DNA of 64,000 nucleotides from assembly GCA_964276005.1 (NCBI GenBank), contig CAXYDV010000012.1:37878-101877 (forward strand). The letters run 5' to 3'. This DNA comes from an uncultured Porticoccaceae bacterium. GTDB taxonomy: Bacteria; Pseudomonadota; Gammaproteobacteria; Pseudomonadales; Porticoccaceae. Under the pieces are notes generated by a model that worked only from the letters and a program-made list of their open reading frames with translations, was not told where the DNA came from and ran no database searches. Shown one piece after another: positions 22,161-33,983 of the stretch (its first letter is position 1; the number at the start of each line of letters is the position of its first letter). The position numbers and the translations under genes were made by a program.

Positions 22161-22804
22161 TTAATCGCTCCAAATACCCACGGGTGCTGCTGAGCACGAT
22201 CGGCTTCATAGGCCTTAATCGCATCGGCCTCTTGCAGAGTTAAACCAATTTCATCCAGACCTTTTAATAGGCACTCTTTGCGAAACTCATCCAGCTCAAA
22301 ACTAAATACATGCCCAGAGTCGCTGGTTACCGTTTGCGCATGCAGATCAACACTCAGCTGATAACCTTCTTCGGCGTCCATCTCTTTAAATAAAATATCC
22401 ACCTGCTCTTCCGTCAGAATCACCGGCAATAAACCATTTTTAAAGCAGTTATTGTAGAAAATATCTGCATAGCTCGGTGCGATTACCGCATTAAAGCCAT
22501 AGTCCTCCAAGGCCCAAGGTGCGTGCTCACGACTGGAACCACAGCCAAAGTTCTTTCGTGCCAACAATATTGAGGCACCTTTGAAGCGTGTCTGGTTTAA
22601 TGGGAAATCTGGATTAATGGGCCGGTTAGAGCAATCGGCGCCCGGCTGACCTTCATCCATATAACGCAACTCATCAAATAGGTTGGGACCAAAGCCACTG
22701 CGTTTAATGGACTTTAAAAACTGCTTGGGGATAATCATATCCGTATCCACATTGGCGCGATCCATAGGACCCACCAAGCCACGATGTGTGGTAAATGCTT
22801 TCAT
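22157..22804 (-). CDS. leuD: 3-isopropylmalate dehydratase small subunit
   Basis: [25 protein letters not shown]. Confidence 0.98.
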   Translation of the reverse strand: MKAFTTHRGLVGPMDRANVDTDMIIPKQFLKSIKRSGFGPNLFDELRYMDEGQPGADCSNRPINPDFPLNQTRFKGASILLARKNFGCGSSREHAPWALEDYGFNAVIAPSYADIFYNNCFKNGLLPVILTEEQVDILFKEMDAEEGYQLSVDLHAQTVTSDSGHVFSFELDEFRKECLLKGLDEIGLTLQEADAIKAYEADRAQQHPWVFGAIK

Positions 22805-24237
22805 TATTCAGCACCTCCTTCAAAAGTACGAACATCAACAATATGCCCTGCCACTGCCGCTGCAGCAGCCATGGCCGGACTCATTAAATGAGTGCGCCCG
22901 CCATTGCCCTGACGACCTTCAAAATTGCGATTACTGGTCGATGCGCAGTGCTCACCCGCACCCAACTTATCGGCGTTCATGGCCAGACACATAGAGCAGC
23001 CCGGCTCACGCCAGTCCATACCCGCTTCAGTAAATATCTTATCCAGCCCCTCGGCTTCGGCCTGAGCTTTAACCATCTGTGAGCCGGGAACAATTAATAC
23101 CTGCTTGACAGAACTGGCCACCTGACGGCCTTTGGCCACAGCAGCAGCCGCACGCATATCTTCAATACGGGAGTTGGTGCAAGAACCTATAAACACACGA
23201 TCAACCGAAATTGACTCAATTGCCTGCCCGCCCTCAAGGCCCATATATTTAAGCGCACGTTCAAGACCTTTGCGCTTCTCTTTATTGGGCTGTTGCTCCA
23301 AAGTTGGAACCGAAGCTGTAACTGCAGAAACCATTTCCGGAGAAGTACCCCAGGTCACCTGTGGCGCAATCTCTTCGGCAACCAAAACCACCTCAGTGTC
23401 AAAAACCGCATCGGCATCAGTGGTTAAGGTTTTCCAGTAAGTTACCGCCTGGTCAAACATTTCCCCTTGGGGTACAAACTGACGGCCTGCACAGTAATCT
23501 ATAGTTTTGTCATCCACAGCCACCATGCCCACACGGGCACCGGCTTCAATGGCCATATTGCACACAGTCATGCGGCCTTCGATCGACATATCGCGAAATA
23601 CAGAACCAGCAAACTCAATCGCATGCTCATTGCCACCAGCAGTACCAATTTTGCCAATAATCGCCAGCACAACATCTTTGGGCGTAACACCGGCACCCAG
23701 CGTGCCATCAACAGTCACACGCATATTTTTCATCTTCTTGGCCACCAAACACTGGGTCGCCAACACATGCTCTACCTCAGAGGTGCCGATACCATGGGCC
23801 AAACAGGCCAAAGCGCCATGAGTCGCTGTATGGGAATCACCACAGACTACGGTCATGCCAGGCATAGTCGCGCCCAGTTCAGGGCCCATTACATGCACAA
23901 TGCCCTGACCCATTTCATTGATCTTAAATTCTTTGATGCCATAAAGATCGCAGTTATCGTCGAGTGTCTGCACCTGAATGCGCGATACCTCATCGCTCAT
24001 ACCAGCTACGCCGGCATCGCGCTCAGTCTTATCTGTCGATATATTATGATCGGGCGTGGCAATATTGGTATCCAGTCGCCAAGGCATGCGCCCCGCCATT
24101 CGGAGCCCCTCAAAGGCCTGAGGTGAGGTCACCTCATGGATTACATGTCGATCAATATAGATCAGCGATGAACCGTCGCTATTTTGTTTAACAAGGTGAC
24201 TATCCCACAGCTTGTCGTAAAGTGTTCTTCCCGCCAT
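22804..24237 (-). CDS. leuC: 3-isopropylmalate dehydratase large subunit
   Basis: [45 protein letters not shown]. Confidence 0.98.
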   Translation of the reverse strand: MAGRTLYDKLWDSHLVKQNSDGSSLIYIDRHVIHEVTSPQAFEGLRMAGRMPWRLDTNIATPDHNISTDKTERDAGVAGMSDEVSRIQVQTLDDNCDLYGIKEFKINEMGQGIVHVMGPELGATMPGMTVVCGDSHTATHGALACLAHGIGTSEVEHVLATQCLVAKKMKNMRVTVDGTLGAGVTPKDVVLAIIGKIGTAGGNEHAIEFAGSVFRDMSIEGRMTVCNMAIEAGARVGMVAVDDKTIDYCAGRQFVPQGEMFDQAVTYWKTLTTDADAVFDTEVVLVAEEIAPQVTWGTSPEMVSAVTASVPTLEQQPNKEKRKGLERALKYMGLEGGQAIESISVDRVFIGSCTNSRIEDMRAAAAVAKGRQVASSVKQVLIVPGSQMVKAQAEAEGLDKIFTEAGMDWREPGCSMCLAMNADKLGAGEHCASTSNRNFEGRQGNGGRTHLMSPAMAAAAAVAGHIVDVRTFEGGAE

Positions 24238-24318
24238 AACTCTCTCCCAGAGAATTTCGATATTGCGTGCATTGTATTCCTGCTTTAAGATGAAATAAAT
24301 TCATATTTAGCATAAATA

Positions 24319-24337
24319 GCATTCTTATTAGGAATGC
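24319..24337. promoter_or_regulatory. Candidate LysR recognition site between leuC and the divergent LysR gene
   Basis: GCATTC-TTATTAG-GAATGC dyad, which contains a T-N11-A core. Confidence 0.6.
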
Positions 24338-24357
24338 AAAAAGAAAAGGTAAGAGCA

Positions 24358-25224
24358 ATGGATAATCAAAATCTTAAAGCCTTTATCGCTGTCGCCGACT
24401 GCGAATCATTCTCCGATGCCGCCGACCAACTTTATATAACCCAGTCGGCTATAAGCAAACGCATTGCTCAGATAGAGCTACAGATTGGCAAAAAGCTTTT
24501 TGATCGGATTGCAAGACAGGTCTCTCTCACCGAAGCAGGTAAAGAGCTGCTGCCCAGAGCCCAACGCATCCTCAAAGAATATGAGGACGCATTGCAAGCC
24601 ATCAATGATTTATCCGGCGAAGCCTCCGGCACATTGAGGTTGGCGATCAGCCACCATCTGGGCCTACATCGCCTCCCGCCGGTTCTTAAACAGTTTTCCC
24701 AGCAGTATCCCAATGTAACCTTGGATATTGAATTTATGGATTCAGAAAAAGCCTATGAACAGGTGTTGCATGGGGAATCAGAAGTAGCCGTGATCACCCT
24801 TGCTCTAGATAGCCATCACAATATTTATAGTAAGAAGATTTGGGATGACCCACTGCGCTTTATTTGCGCTCAGGATCATCCGTTAGCCAATCTCAAACAG
24901 CCTGAACTCAAGGACCTTGCCGAATATCCAATAATTCTCCCGGGACTCAACACCTATACTGGGCGGATTATACAGAATCTATTTCAGAGAGAAGGCATAC
25001 CCTTAAAGGCGCCTATGTCCACCAACTATTTGGAAACTATTAGCACTATGGTAGAGATTGGACTGGGTTGGAGTGTATTACCAGAAACCTTGGTAAGAGA
25101 CCTACATGTGATGCCATTTAAGCAGATTAGCATCGAGCGAGAGTTGGGCTACATTCACCATATGAAGCGAAGTTTATCGAATGCGGCGGTTGGATTTTTG
25201 AACCTAATGGATAAAGCAGCCTAG
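24358..25224 (+). CDS. LysR family regulator divergent from leuCDB
   Basis: HTH (SFSDAADQLYITQSAISKRI) and LysR substrate-binding domain. ATG at 24358 (MDNQNL) preferred over 24334. Confidence 0.93.
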   Translation: MDNQNLKAFIAVADCESFSDAADQLYITQSAISKRIAQIELQIGKKLFDRIARQVSLTEAGKELLPRAQRILKEYEDALQAINDLSGEASGTLRLAISHHLGLHRLPPVLKQFSQQYPNVTLDIEFMDSEKAYEQVLHGESEVAVITLALDSHHNIYSKKIWDDPLRFICAQDHPLANLKQPELKDLAEYPIILPGLNTYTGRIIQNLFQREGIPLKAPMSTNYLETISTMVEIGLGWSVLPETLVRDLHVMPFKQISIERELGYIHHMKRSLSNAAVGFLNLMDKAA

Positions 25225-25268
25225 GCGCAATCTCTGACTATGCTAACTCTAGAATTTATTCAAAGGGC

Positions 25269-26354
25269 CTAAATCGGCGTTAAGCCCGAATCCACATCGG
25301 CATTCTGACCACGATTGCGCAAGTAGTGATCCATCAACGTTATCGCCAGCATTGCTTCAGCGATGGGCACCGCACGAATACCCACACAGGGATCATGACG
25401 ACCCGTAGTAATAACTTCCGCTGATTCACCAGAGGTATTAATAGACTGCCCTGGAATACGCAGGCTTGAGGTTGGTTTGAGTGCTATATTCGCCACTATA
25501 TCCTGGCCTGAAGAAATACCGCCCAACACGCCACCGGAGTTATTTGAGGTAAACCCCTCCGGCGTCAGTTCATCGCGATGTTCGCTGCCCTTTTGCGCCA
25601 CTGAGGCAAAACCAGCACCGATCTCAACGCCTTTAACTGCATTTATACCCATCAAACCATGGGCTATCTCTGCATCTAAGCGATCAAAAACAGGCTCCCC
25701 AAGGCCTACTGGCATATTTTTCGCCACAACAGTAACCTGCGCACCAATGGAATTACCCTCTTTAGTCAGGGCCTGCATATAGGTTTCTAGCTCAGCGACC
25801 TTGTCCGGATCCGGAAAGAAAAACGGGTTCTGCTCTATTTGGCTCTGCTCAAAACGCTCGGCCACTATGGGTCCCAGTTGGGAGACATAGCCATAGATTT
25901 CAACGCCCAAACGCTCTTTTAAATACTTCTTGGCGATGGCACCAGCGGCCACACGCATGGCTGTCTCACGGGCTGAACTGCGCCCACCACCGCGATAGTC
26001 ACGCTCGCCATACTTTTGATGATAGGTATAATCTGCATGAGAAGGTCTGAATAAATCTTTGATTTTGCTATAGTCTTTAGACTTTTGATCTTTATTTTCT
26101 ATCATCATTCCAATCGCAGCACCGGTCGTTCGGCCTTCGAATACACCAGATAGAATCTTTACCTCATCGTCTTCACGACGCTGGGTGGTATAGCGCGACT
26201 GGCCCGGTTTACGCCGATCTAAATCTGGCTGCAAATCGGCGGCGCTGATTCCCAGACCTGGAGGACAGCCATCTACAATACAGCCAATCGCCAGACCATG
26301 ACTCTCGCCAAAGCTGGTTACAGTAAATAGTTTTCCTATTGAGTTTCCGGACAT
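25269..26354 (-). CDS. aroC: Chorismate synthase
   Basis: [37 protein letters not shown]. Confidence 0.98.
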   Translation of the reverse strand: MSGNSIGKLFTVTSFGESHGLAIGCIVDGCPPGLGISAADLQPDLDRRKPGQSRYTTQRREDDEVKILSGVFEGRTTGAAIGMMIENKDQKSKDYSKIKDLFRPSHADYTYHQKYGERDYRGGGRSSARETAMRVAAGAIAKKYLKERLGVEIYGYVSQLGPIVAERFEQSQIEQNPFFFPDPDKVAELETYMQALTKEGNSIGAQVTVVAKNMPVGLGEPVFDRLDAEIAHGLMGINAVKGVEIGAGFASVAQKGSEHRDELTPEGFTSNNSGGVLGGISSGQDIVANIALKPTSSLRIPGQSINTSGESAEVITTGRHDPCVGIRAVPIAEAMLAITLMDHYLRNRGQNADVDSGLTPI

Positions 26355-26406
26355 AGTGCGTCTGTGCCTTGTTTAATTCACGGTAATAATGACGATTATA
26401 CGTAAC

Positions 26407-27309
26407 TTATTGAAAAGATTCGCGGTGTTCCAGCAGTTGATCTCGAGTTAGTACAAATACCCCTGCATCGCCCTCAGTAAACTCCAGCCAGACAAAGGGC
26501 ACATTGGGAAAGGCATGCTCTAGTGCTACCCATGAGTTACCCACTTCAACCACTAGTACGCCGCTGGCACTTAAATACTCAGTGGCCTGTTGCAGTAGGC
26601 GCCGGGTAAAGTCCAAACCATCGTCGCCTGAGGCTAGTGCCAGCTTTGGTTCATGCTGGTATTCCTGCGGCATACTGGCCAGATCCTCGGCATCCACATA
26701 GGGTGGATTGCTCACAATCAGATCAAATACTTGATCTGACTCCAAACCTGCAAATAGGTCTGACTCAGCCGTGATGACCCGATCATTAAGATCATGCCCT
26801 GCAATATTCATAGCTGCTACGGCCAGCGCATCTGCTGAAATATCACTCAGCACCACCTGTGCCTCAGCAAAGGCGTAGGCACAGGCTATTCCTATACAGC
26901 CGCCGCCAGTGCAGAGATCCAGTATCTGCTCGGGCTCTCTTTCACACCAGGGTTCAAAGCCATTCATAATAAGTTCGGCTATCGGCGAGCGTGGAATAAG
27001 GACTCGTTCATCAACGATAAAAGGTAGCCCGCAGAACCAAGCCTGCCCAGTTAGATAAGGTGCAGGTATGCGCTCGCTGATACGACGCTCAAATAGCGCT
27101 TTAATACTGGCTTGTTGCTCTGCCGTCAGCACCTGATCCAACACTGAGCGATCTGCATTGGGCGGCAATTGCAGCGCAAATGAAAGCAGATAAACGGCTT
27201 CATCCCAAGCATTGGTCGTGCCATGGCCAAAGTAAATGCCCTGACTTTCAAACAGCGTTTGACCATATTCAAGCATTGCAGAAACTGTGGGGGTTTGTGT
27301 TTGTGTCAT
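26407..27309 (-). CDS. prmB: 50S ribosomal protein L3 N5-glutamine methyltransferase
   Basis: FGHGTTNAWDEA, PRSPIAEL, DLCTGGGCI, NPPY; adjacent to aroC. Confidence 0.95.
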   Translation of the reverse strand: MTQTQTPTVSAMLEYGQTLFESQGIYFGHGTTNAWDEAVYLLSFALQLPPNADRSVLDQVLTAEQQASIKALFERRISERIPAPYLTGQAWFCGLPFIVDERVLIPRSPIAELIMNGFEPWCEREPEQILDLCTGGGCIGIACAYAFAEAQVVLSDISADALAVAAMNIAGHDLNDRVITAESDLFAGLESDQVFDLIVSNPPYVDAEDLASMPQEYQHEPKLALASGDDGLDFTRRLLQQATEYLSASGVLVVEVGNSWVALEHAFPNVPFVWLEFTEGDAGVFVLTRDQLLEHRESFQ

Positions 27310-27397
27310 AGTACCTCCAAGGGAGCGGTATTTTACCCTTGAAACTAGTAATGGTCTTTAGTTTGTTACAAAATGTCGGCTTGAAAATTACACTTAT

Positions 27398-27958
27398 ATG
27401 AATAATGGAAACCAATATATGAAGGACTCGTTTTTAAAAATTATCCAAAGCACTGGCGAAGACGTTACACGCCCAGGCTTGTTAGATACACCACAGCGAG
27501 CAGCTAAGGCTTTTTCCTATCTGACCAGTGGTTATGACATGGATCTGGATACCGTGATTAACAATGCCCTATTCCCCTCTGACTCTGAAGAGATGGTGAT
27601 CGTTAAGGACATTGAGCTCTATTCATTGTGCGAACATCACCTGCTGCCCTTTATCGGCAAATGCCATGTAGCCTATATTCCTAGCGGCAAGGTGCTGGGA
27701 TTATCCAAGGTCGCGCGGGTGGTTGATATGTTCTCACGCCGCCTGCAAATTCAGGAAGCGCTGGCCCAGCAGATTGCCTCTACGATCCAGCAAGTCACCG
27801 ACGCACGCGGTGTAGGCGTTATTATCGAAGCCAAGCATATGTGTATGATGATGCGCGGTGTTGAAAAGCAAAACTCAAGCATGAAGACCTCATCAATGCT
27901 CGGGCAGTTTAGAACAAACCAGGCTACTCGCACTGAGTTCTTGACGCTGTTAAGTTAA
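27398..27958 (+). CDS. folE: GTP cyclohydrolase I
   Basis: [41 protein letters not shown]. Alternative start at 27419. Confidence 0.97.
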   Translation: MNNGNQYMKDSFLKIIQSTGEDVTRPGLLDTPQRAAKAFSYLTSGYDMDLDTVINNALFPSDSEEMVIVKDIELYSLCEHHLLPFIGKCHVAYIPSGKVLGLSKVARVVDMFSRRLQIQEALAQQIASTIQQVTDARGVGVIIEAKHMCMMMRGVEKQNSSMKTSSMLGQFRTNQATRTEFLTLLS

Positions 27959-27975
27959 TAGCTAATAGCTGTTTT

Positions 27976-28010
27976 AAAAAAACGCTCGGCACTGCTTTCA
28001 GTGCCGGCGC
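27976..28010 (-). terminator. Intrinsic terminator, U-tract on the minus strand
   Basis: CGGCACTG-CTTT-CAGTGCCG (27987-28006) preceded by an A-tract on the plus strand. Confidence 0.65.
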
Positions 28011-28171
28011 ATACTGAGCAGCAAGCATGACTGTCATTGAACTTACCACCAAGACAAACCACGCATGACTCAGGACTAAACTGAGCCTCCTTTTAATGCT
28101 AAATATGCCATCTCTGATTAGACTGCTGTCTATTAGACTGAGCGCCCTGCTCCACCGGTCTTCAACCTGGC

Positions 28172-28420
28172 TTAACCCATAATCCGCAGAGCGAGATAGG
28201 GCACCAGATTAAAGACAATAATCAAGATTTTGTAATTGCCAAGGTATTCAAAATACATCTTAGGTAAGCTGGCCGGATCCAGTTGAAATAACCTGCTATG
28301 CAAATTGGCGGCAAAGCTTTTGGTTAACGTCGTCATCAGTGTTGAGAATAGAAGAATCCCTAGATTAATAGCCGTACACCAACCGAGAAACACCGTTAAC
28401 TCATGGAGGGATATCATCAT
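28172..28420 (-). CDS. Small membrane protein (DUF6868-like)
   Basis: FLGWCTAINLGILL...HSRLF...YLGNYKILIIVFNLVPYLAL pattern. Start at ATG 28420 assumed. Confidence 0.7.
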   Translation of the reverse strand: MMISLHELTVFLGWCTAINLGILLFSTLMTTLTKSFAANLHSRLFQLDPASLPKMYFEYLGNYKILIIVFNLVPYLALRIMG

Positions 28421-28562
28421 ACTTACCTTGTAATGAAAGGCTGGAAACCCAACAATACCACGGCTTTTCATTACCTGCATTAAGAAGTAGCTCTTTAACT
28501 GCGCTTAATCAAGCGGCTAGATGTAACCTCTTAACCGAAAAAACCTTTAGTCTAAAAAGTCT

Positions 28563-29420
28563 TTAGCCAAAAACGCTCTGCACTTTCTCAGCCACGGTCT
28601 GGGCCGCTTCTTCTAGATGAAGATGGTGGGAGCCCGGTACCCTGTGAATCTGCATCTGCGGAATCCAACTAAACACCTCAGTTTGCTGGCGGTCTGGCTT
28701 AAACTGGCTGTTTTCTGCCTGTATAAGCAACACCTGCGCACTAATTGCAGTAAAGAAACTCTGCAAATGATCCTTACTAAGTTTGACATGGGATGCCGCT
28801 TTTAGACGTTGGTCATTGCGCCAGAAAAAGCCCTGCTCTGTTTCAACCACACCGCGCTCTGCTAATGTAACGGCCGCCTCATACTGTAGGGGTAAAAATC
28901 CATTAATTCGCCCGCGCACAGCGCTCTCATAGTCTCGAAACAGGGTCGGCGAGCTACTGCCATAACGGCGGTATTCGTGCAGAGCCTTAGCCAGATGTTG
29001 AGCTGTACCCTGCGCGTCTGCTGGCATAGGTATAAACCCATCAATTAGTGCTGCATGGCTAATGCGCTCTGGATAAGTACCGGCAACCAAACCAGAGATA
29101 ACAGCCCCGCGAGAATGGCCCAGTAGAGCAAAACGCTCCCAACCCATAGCATCGGCAACGGCCATAATATCGCTGATATCATGCCAAATCTCATAGCCGG
29201 AATCAGCCGAACGAAAGTCGCTGCGGCCATGGCCAGCAAGGTCCAGAGCTATCACATGGAGGTTCTCCATATGAGGCAGCATACGGTCAAAGGTATTGGC
29301 GTTATCCAGCCAGCCATGCAGCGCAATAACAGGTAAGGACCCTGATCTACCCCATTCTTTGGCGGCAAATGTTAGGCCTCTATTTTCAAAGCTACGCTCT
29401 CTCACAAACTCAATTGGCAT
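28563..29420 (-). CDS. Alpha/beta-fold hydrolase
   Basis: LHGWLDNA oxyanion motif, DLAGHGRS, GHSRG nucleophile elbow, GSHHLHL. Confidence 0.92.
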   Translation of the reverse strand: MPIEFVRERSFENRGLTFAAKEWGRSGSLPVIALHGWLDNANTFDRMLPHMENLHVIALDLAGHGRSDFRSADSGYEIWHDISDIMAVADAMGWERFALLGHSRGAVISGLVAGTYPERISHAALIDGFIPMPADAQGTAQHLAKALHEYRRYGSSSPTLFRDYESAVRGRINGFLPLQYEAAVTLAERGVVETEQGFFWRNDQRLKAASHVKLSKDHLQSFFTAISAQVLLIQAENSQFKPDRQQTEVFSWIPQMQIHRVPGSHHLHLEEAAQTVAEKVQSVFG

Positions 29421-29862
29421 AATGTATCCAGTTCAATAGTGCGTTTCCCTGTGCGGGAAAATCCATAGAGAGCGAAGCGAGGTTCGCGGTGCCCATACGG
29501 GTACCTGTTTCTCCGGTTAAATAATCGACTAACAGACCTACCAGCGGCATATGGGTAACCATTAATAACGCCTCGGCGTTGGTCCGTTGCAAAAATCCCT
29601 CTATGGCACGCAAGTCACCCTGCGGCGTTAGATCGTCTAACCAATCAATTGTGTGTTGTAAATTTACTGCTCGAGTAAAAATATCTGTGGCTTCGGCCGC
29701 CCGTTTATAAGGACTGCTGACTATCTGCTCTATTGCCTCACATTCAACCCGGTGACTGTGTGCAACAGACTGCACCTGCTGTCGGCCATAGACCGACAGC
29801 TGACGATACTGATCTGGGTAACCATCAACAGCATCACCATGGCGTAATAAATAGAGCTGCAC
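29410..29862 (-). CDS. sixA: Phosphohistidine phosphatase
   Basis: LLRHGDA, SSPYKRA, VTHMPLV. Confidence 0.9.
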   Translation of the reverse strand: MQLYLLRHGDAVDGYPDQYRQLSVYGRQQVQSVAHSHRVECEAIEQIVSSPYKRAAEATDIFTRAVNLQHTIDWLDDLTPQGDLRAIEGFLQRTNAEALLMVTHMPLVGLLVDYLTGETGTRMGTANLASLSMDFPAQGNALLNWIHYAN

Positions 29863-29877
29863 CTCCGCAAAGGCCCG

Positions 29878-30297
29878 CTAGCTGCCTTTTTGCTGCTGCT
29901 CCTCGTCTAACTGTTCACTATCTTCACTGGCCGTGAAAGAAGGTACATCGTCATCTTCTTCGGCTTCAACAAACTCGCCGTCTTCAACCTCTTCAGCTGT
30001 GCGTACCGAATAACCTTCGGCCTGGTCAACCTCTGGCCATTCATCGAATGGAAAAGGCTTGCTCTCAGTGTTAAAGGTTAAAAACATGACCGTTTGATAA
30101 ATCCACTTACCCAGCCCCTGACCAAGATTGCGCAGGTTTTCATTGTCATGACCCGCCAGGAGCACCAGTAAAAACTGCACTATTACCACAAGAGTTACTA
30201 CCAGGCGCGCCGCCATTAGCAGCAGGCTAAACAGCACCATATAAGCCAAGCGAGTCCAGGTATTGGTATTGCTTAAAGACATTTTTTTATCCGTCAT
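29878..30297 (-). CDS. DUF4389-like membrane protein
   Basis: Hydrophobic hairpin, then [17 protein letters not shown] and an acidic tail; lies between gpsA and sixA. Confidence 0.75.
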   Translation of the reverse strand: MTDKKMSLSNTNTWTRLAYMVLFSLLLMAARLVVTLVVIVQFLLVLLAGHDNENLRNLGQGLGKWIYQTVMFLTFNTESKPFPFDEWPEVDQAEGYSVRTAEEVEDGEFVEAEEDDDVPSFTASEDSEQLDEEQQQKGS

Positions 30298-31321
30298 TAG
30301 GTTTCACCATAAATTCTACATCAGTATTTTGTTCTGCAAGCATCATGCTACTAAGAGACTCTTTGATCGGTCGCTGTTCAAATAATGTCGCGTAAAGAGC
30401 AGAGGCCAGCGGCATATAAATACCTAATAAGTCGGCCTTCTCCTTTACTAGTCTAGTCGTATTTACGCCCTCAGCGACTTGGCCTACCTCTTTAATCGCT
30501 TGCTCAAGGCTTTTACCCTGACCGATAGCCAACCCTACGCGGTAATTGCGGCTTAGCGGTGACGTGCAGGTAACATATAAATCACCAACACCACTGAGAC
30601 CTAGAAAAGTCATGGGATTGGCGCCTAGATGCACAGCAAATCGACTCATCTCAGCTAGACTGCGTGTTAGCACCACACTCTTAGTATTTTGACCCGCCGC
30701 CATAGCCGCGGCGATGCCAGAGACAATGGCATAGATATTTTTTAATGCGCCCGCCAGCTCAACGCCATAGCGATCATGATTGGCATAGACACGGAAATAC
30801 TTAGAGGCCAGTAATGTCTGCACGCGCTGACAGAGATCATCGTTATCGCTGGCAACCACAGTGGCTGTAATCTCGAACTGAGCAATTTCTTTAGCCAAAT
30901 TAGGGCCGCTGATCACACCCACCGGACAGTGGCTAATCTCTTGTTCAAGAACCTGACTCGGCAGCATAAAACTTTCGGCCTCGATACCTTTGGCCATGCT
31001 GACAACAACCGTGCCCGCTGCCAAAAATGGGCTCACCATCTTAGCAACGGCACGAAATGCCGAGCTGGGTACTGCAAAAAATATGGTGTCACAGTCAGCA
31101 ACCGCCTGTTCCAGGTCGGTACTGATAGCTAGATCTGCATGCAGCTTATAGCCTGGCAAATAGGCCGCGTTCTCACCAGTATCACGAATCTGCTGGGCAG
31201 CGGTTTCACTGCGTAACCACAGTGTCACACTATGATTATTCGCCGCGATCATATTAGCGATAGCAGTACCAAAACTGCCGCCGCCTAATACCGCTACTCT
31301 ATGACTTGTATTGTTTTCCAA
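30287..31321 (-). CDS. gpsA: NAD(P)H-dependent glycerol-3-phosphate dehydrogenase
   Basis: [43 protein letters not shown]; TTG start. Confidence 0.96.
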   Translation of the reverse strand: MENNTSHRVAVLGGGSFGTAIANMIAANNHSVTLWLRSETAAQQIRDTGENAAYLPGYKLHADLAISTDLEQAVADCDTIFFAVPSSAFRAVAKMVSPFLAAGTVVVSMAKGIEAESFMLPSQVLEQEISHCPVGVISGPNLAKEIAQFEITATVVASDNDDLCQRVQTLLASKYFRVYANHDRYGVELAGALKNIYAIVSGIAAAMAAGQNTKSVVLTRSLAEMSRFAVHLGANPMTFLGLSGVGDLYVTCTSPLSRNYRVGLAIGQGKSLEQAIKEVGQVAEGVNTTRLVKEKADLLGIYMPLASALYATLFEQRPIKESLSSMMLAEQNTDVEFMVKPNDG

Positions 31322-31396
31322 GATTGGCCCTAAAAAGAGAATCCGATTATGGCTGCATTATAGGTTTTGCTCTGCATACTGTCAGCCGCCAAAACC

Positions 31397-31425
31397 AAAA
31401 AAGCGCCCCGATGGAGCGCTTTTTT
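31397..31425. terminator. Bidirectional intrinsic terminator downstream of htpG
   Basis: AAAAAAGCGC-CCCGATGGA-GCGCTTTTTT. Confidence 0.75.
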
Positions 31426-31466
31426 GGTGATACAGGCTATTTTAAGCCACAGCTTAGCAAAACAAC

Positions 31467-33434
31467 CTAGCCAAACATCAGGCGATTGAGCTCCTGCACA
31501 AACTCGGCTGGATTTTCCAGCGGTCGACCTGCAGACAGAGCCGCTTGGTCAAATAACACTCTAGCCAGTCGCTTAGCGCCCTCTTCATCAGTTTCAGCAT
31601 CGAGCTTGCTGACCAATGGATGCTCCATATTAATTTCAAGAATTGGCTTGGCTTCAGGCACGGCCTGACCGGCAGCGGCCATAATCTTGCGCATCTGCTC
31701 GCCCATATCATTATCACCAACGACCAAACAGGCTGGCGAGCTGGTCAATCTAGTGGTGCTGCGCACCTCTTCGACCTTTTCATCAAGCAAGATTTTGATA
31801 CGGGCTAATAGTTCGCCGTGCTCGGCATTCTCTGACTTGTCATCGCTATCTTTGCTCTCAGACTTGGGTTCCTCACCAGTAATCTTGCTCAGATCCAGCT
31901 CACCACGAGCAACATCCTGGAATGACTTGCCATCAAACTCTGACAGATAACCCATCATCCATTCATCAATACGATCCGACATCAGCAGCACTTCAATACC
32001 GTGCTTGCGAAATACTTCAAGGTAAGGACTGTTGGCGATCACTGAATGACTGTCGCCAGTCACATAGTAAATTTTATCTTGGCCTTCTTTCATGCGCTCA
32101 ATGTAACCAGTCAGGCTAACTGTGGGCTCTGCGCCTTCGCTGGTAGAGCTAGCGAAGCGGAACAGTTTGGCAATTTTCTCGCGATTGCTGTGATCTTCAC
32201 TGGGGCCCTCTTTGAGTACCGCACCAAACTGAGTCCAGAATTTACTGTACTTCTCAGGCTCTTTGGTTACCATTTTGCCCAACATATCCAACACACGTTT
32301 GGTTAACGCGGCACGGATGCTGTCCACCATCGGGGTTTTTTGCAAAATTTCTCGGGACACATTGAGGGGTAAGTCAGTGCTGTCCAAAACGCCTTTTACA
32401 AAGCGCAGATACATCGGCATAAACTGTTCAGCGTCATCCATAATAAAGGTGCGTTTGATATACAGCTTGATACCGCGCGAAGCCTCACGCTGATAGAGAT
32501 CCATCGGCGCCATGCTCGGAATATACAGCAGGCTGGTGTACTCGTGTTTGCCTTCTACACGATTGTGACTCCAGTCCAGTGGCTCGGCAAAGTCACTGGA
32601 AACATGGCGGTAAAATTCTTGGTATTCCTCATCGCTGACCTCGCTTCTAGAACGAGTCCAAAGCGCTTTGGCATCGTTAACCGCTTCCCACTGAGGAACC
32701 ACTTCAGCCTGTTCTTCCTCCTCCACGCCTTCTTCTGCAGGCATTGCTGGCGGCTCTTGCTGCAGCATCTGCACGGGAATGGCTATATGGTCCGAGTACT
32801 TTTTAACAATGCTGCGCAAACGCCAGTCATTGCCAAATTCTTGCTCTTCGGTCTTAAGGTGCAATGTGATCGACGTGCCGCGTTCGGCGCGCTCGATATT
32901 TTCCAGCTGATAATCGGCTTCGCCTTCACAGCTCCAGCGCACGGCTTCTGAGGTCTTGGCGCCTGCGCGGCGAGTCTCTACCACCACCTTGTCGGCAACA
33001 ATAAACGAAGAGTAAAACCCAACACCAAACTGGCCAATCAGCTGTGAGTCCTGTTTTTGGTCACCGGTTAGGTTCTTCAGAAATTCAGCGGTGCCAGACT
33101 TGGCGATAGTGCCTAGATTGGTAATCACCTCATCCCGCGACATACCAATACCGTTATCGGAGATAACAATGGTCTTAGCCTCTTGATCAACGGCGATACG
33201 AATAGCCAGATCGCCGTCATCCTCGTAGAGGGCAGCATTTTCTAAAGCTTCAACACGCAGCTTATCTGTGGCGTCCGAGGCATTAGAAATTAGCTCACGT
33301 AAAAAAATCTCTTTATTGGAGTAAAGAGAGTGAATCATTAGATGCAGTAATTGCTTGGCTTCTGTTTGGAAACCTAATGTTTCGGCCTTTCCTTTTACGC
33401 TGCTTTTTCCTTTAGAACTGGCTTTGGCTGTCAT
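31467..33434 (-). CDS. htpG: Molecular chaperone HtpG (Hsp90)
   Basis: [54 protein letters not shown] 33434 has an AGGAGA RBS. Confidence 0.98.
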   Translation of the reverse strand: MTAKASSKGKSSVKGKAETLGFQTEAKQLLHLMIHSLYSNKEIFLRELISNASDATDKLRVEALENAALYEDDGDLAIRIAVDQEAKTIVISDNGIGMSRDEVITNLGTIAKSGTAEFLKNLTGDQKQDSQLIGQFGVGFYSSFIVADKVVVETRRAGAKTSEAVRWSCEGEADYQLENIERAERGTSITLHLKTEEQEFGNDWRLRSIVKKYSDHIAIPVQMLQQEPPAMPAEEGVEEEEQAEVVPQWEAVNDAKALWTRSRSEVSDEEYQEFYRHVSSDFAEPLDWSHNRVEGKHEYTSLLYIPSMAPMDLYQREASRGIKLYIKRTFIMDDAEQFMPMYLRFVKGVLDSTDLPLNVSREILQKTPMVDSIRAALTKRVLDMLGKMVTKEPEKYSKFWTQFGAVLKEGPSEDHSNREKIAKLFRFASSTSEGAEPTVSLTGYIERMKEGQDKIYYVTGDSHSVIANSPYLEVFRKHGIEVLLMSDRIDEWMMGYLSEFDGKSFQDVARGELDLSKITGEEPKSESKDSDDKSENAEHGELLARIKILLDEKVEEVRSTTRLTSSPACLVVGDNDMGEQMRKIMAAAGQAVPEAKPILEINMEHPLVSKLDAETDEEGAKRLARVLFDQAALSAGRPLENPAEFVQELNRLMFG

Positions 33435-33536
33435 TTCCGTTATTTCTCCTAATTGGTATTTATAGTCATGCATTAAATTGAGCTGATTTCCAAGATGGGG
33501 GCAGAGAAATAGATTTCAACCTCTAGGAGCTGATTC

Positions 33537-33983
33537 TTAGGTGATCAGAAAATGGCATCTTGCGGTGGCAATAGGTGTGTCTGGACTGTCTTGCCAGGCG
33601 GTGACAGAGACATTGACCAACTTGCGGCCCTGACGCAGCACAGTGCAGTTGGCGTAGATGGTTTTAAAGCGACCAGGACGCAGATAGTCGAGCGAGAAGT
33701 CGACCACCTTGGGTACCTCGTTTACATCCAATGTATAGAGAATTTCGATAGCCGCAGACAGCTCAAGAAAACCGCCGATAACCCCGCCGTGAATCGCCGG
33801 CAATGAGGGGTTGCCAATATTTGATGGGCGCCTATCCAGCCAGTACAGTACCTCAGCGCCCTCAACCTTTGCCTCGGCACCAATAAAGCTGCTGTAGGGA
33901 ATCAAATCCAAAATCTGCTGTGGACTAGATTCTGCACGCGCCTTAACTAGACCCTCTTGCAATAATTTTAGCGCATCGCTCAT
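33537..33983 (-). CDS. PaaI family (hotdog-fold) thioesterase
   Basis: IGNPSLPAIHGGVIGGFLE, DFSLDYLRPG. Confidence 0.9.
   Translation of the reverse strand: MSDALKLLQEGLVKARAESSPQQILDLIPYSSFIGAEAKVEGAEVLYWLDRRPSNIGNPSLPAIHGGVIGGFLELSAAIEILYTLDVNEVPKVVDFSLDYLRPGRFKTIYANCTVLRQGRKLVNVSVTAWQDSPDTPIATARCHFLIT

Noticed and set aside
23467-24126. 219-aa plus-strand ORF, and similar long antisense or overlapping ORFs (6514-7035, 32544-32951, 36823-37245, 44668-45144)
   Set aside because: They lie wholly within well-supported genes and are typical shadow frames.
28046-28069. MRGLSWW mini-ORF (coordinates approximate) as a trp-type attenuator leader
   Set aside because: It points toward a terminator and then the convergent folE gene, so there is no downstream trp or aro gene to control; the SD spacing is also wrong.
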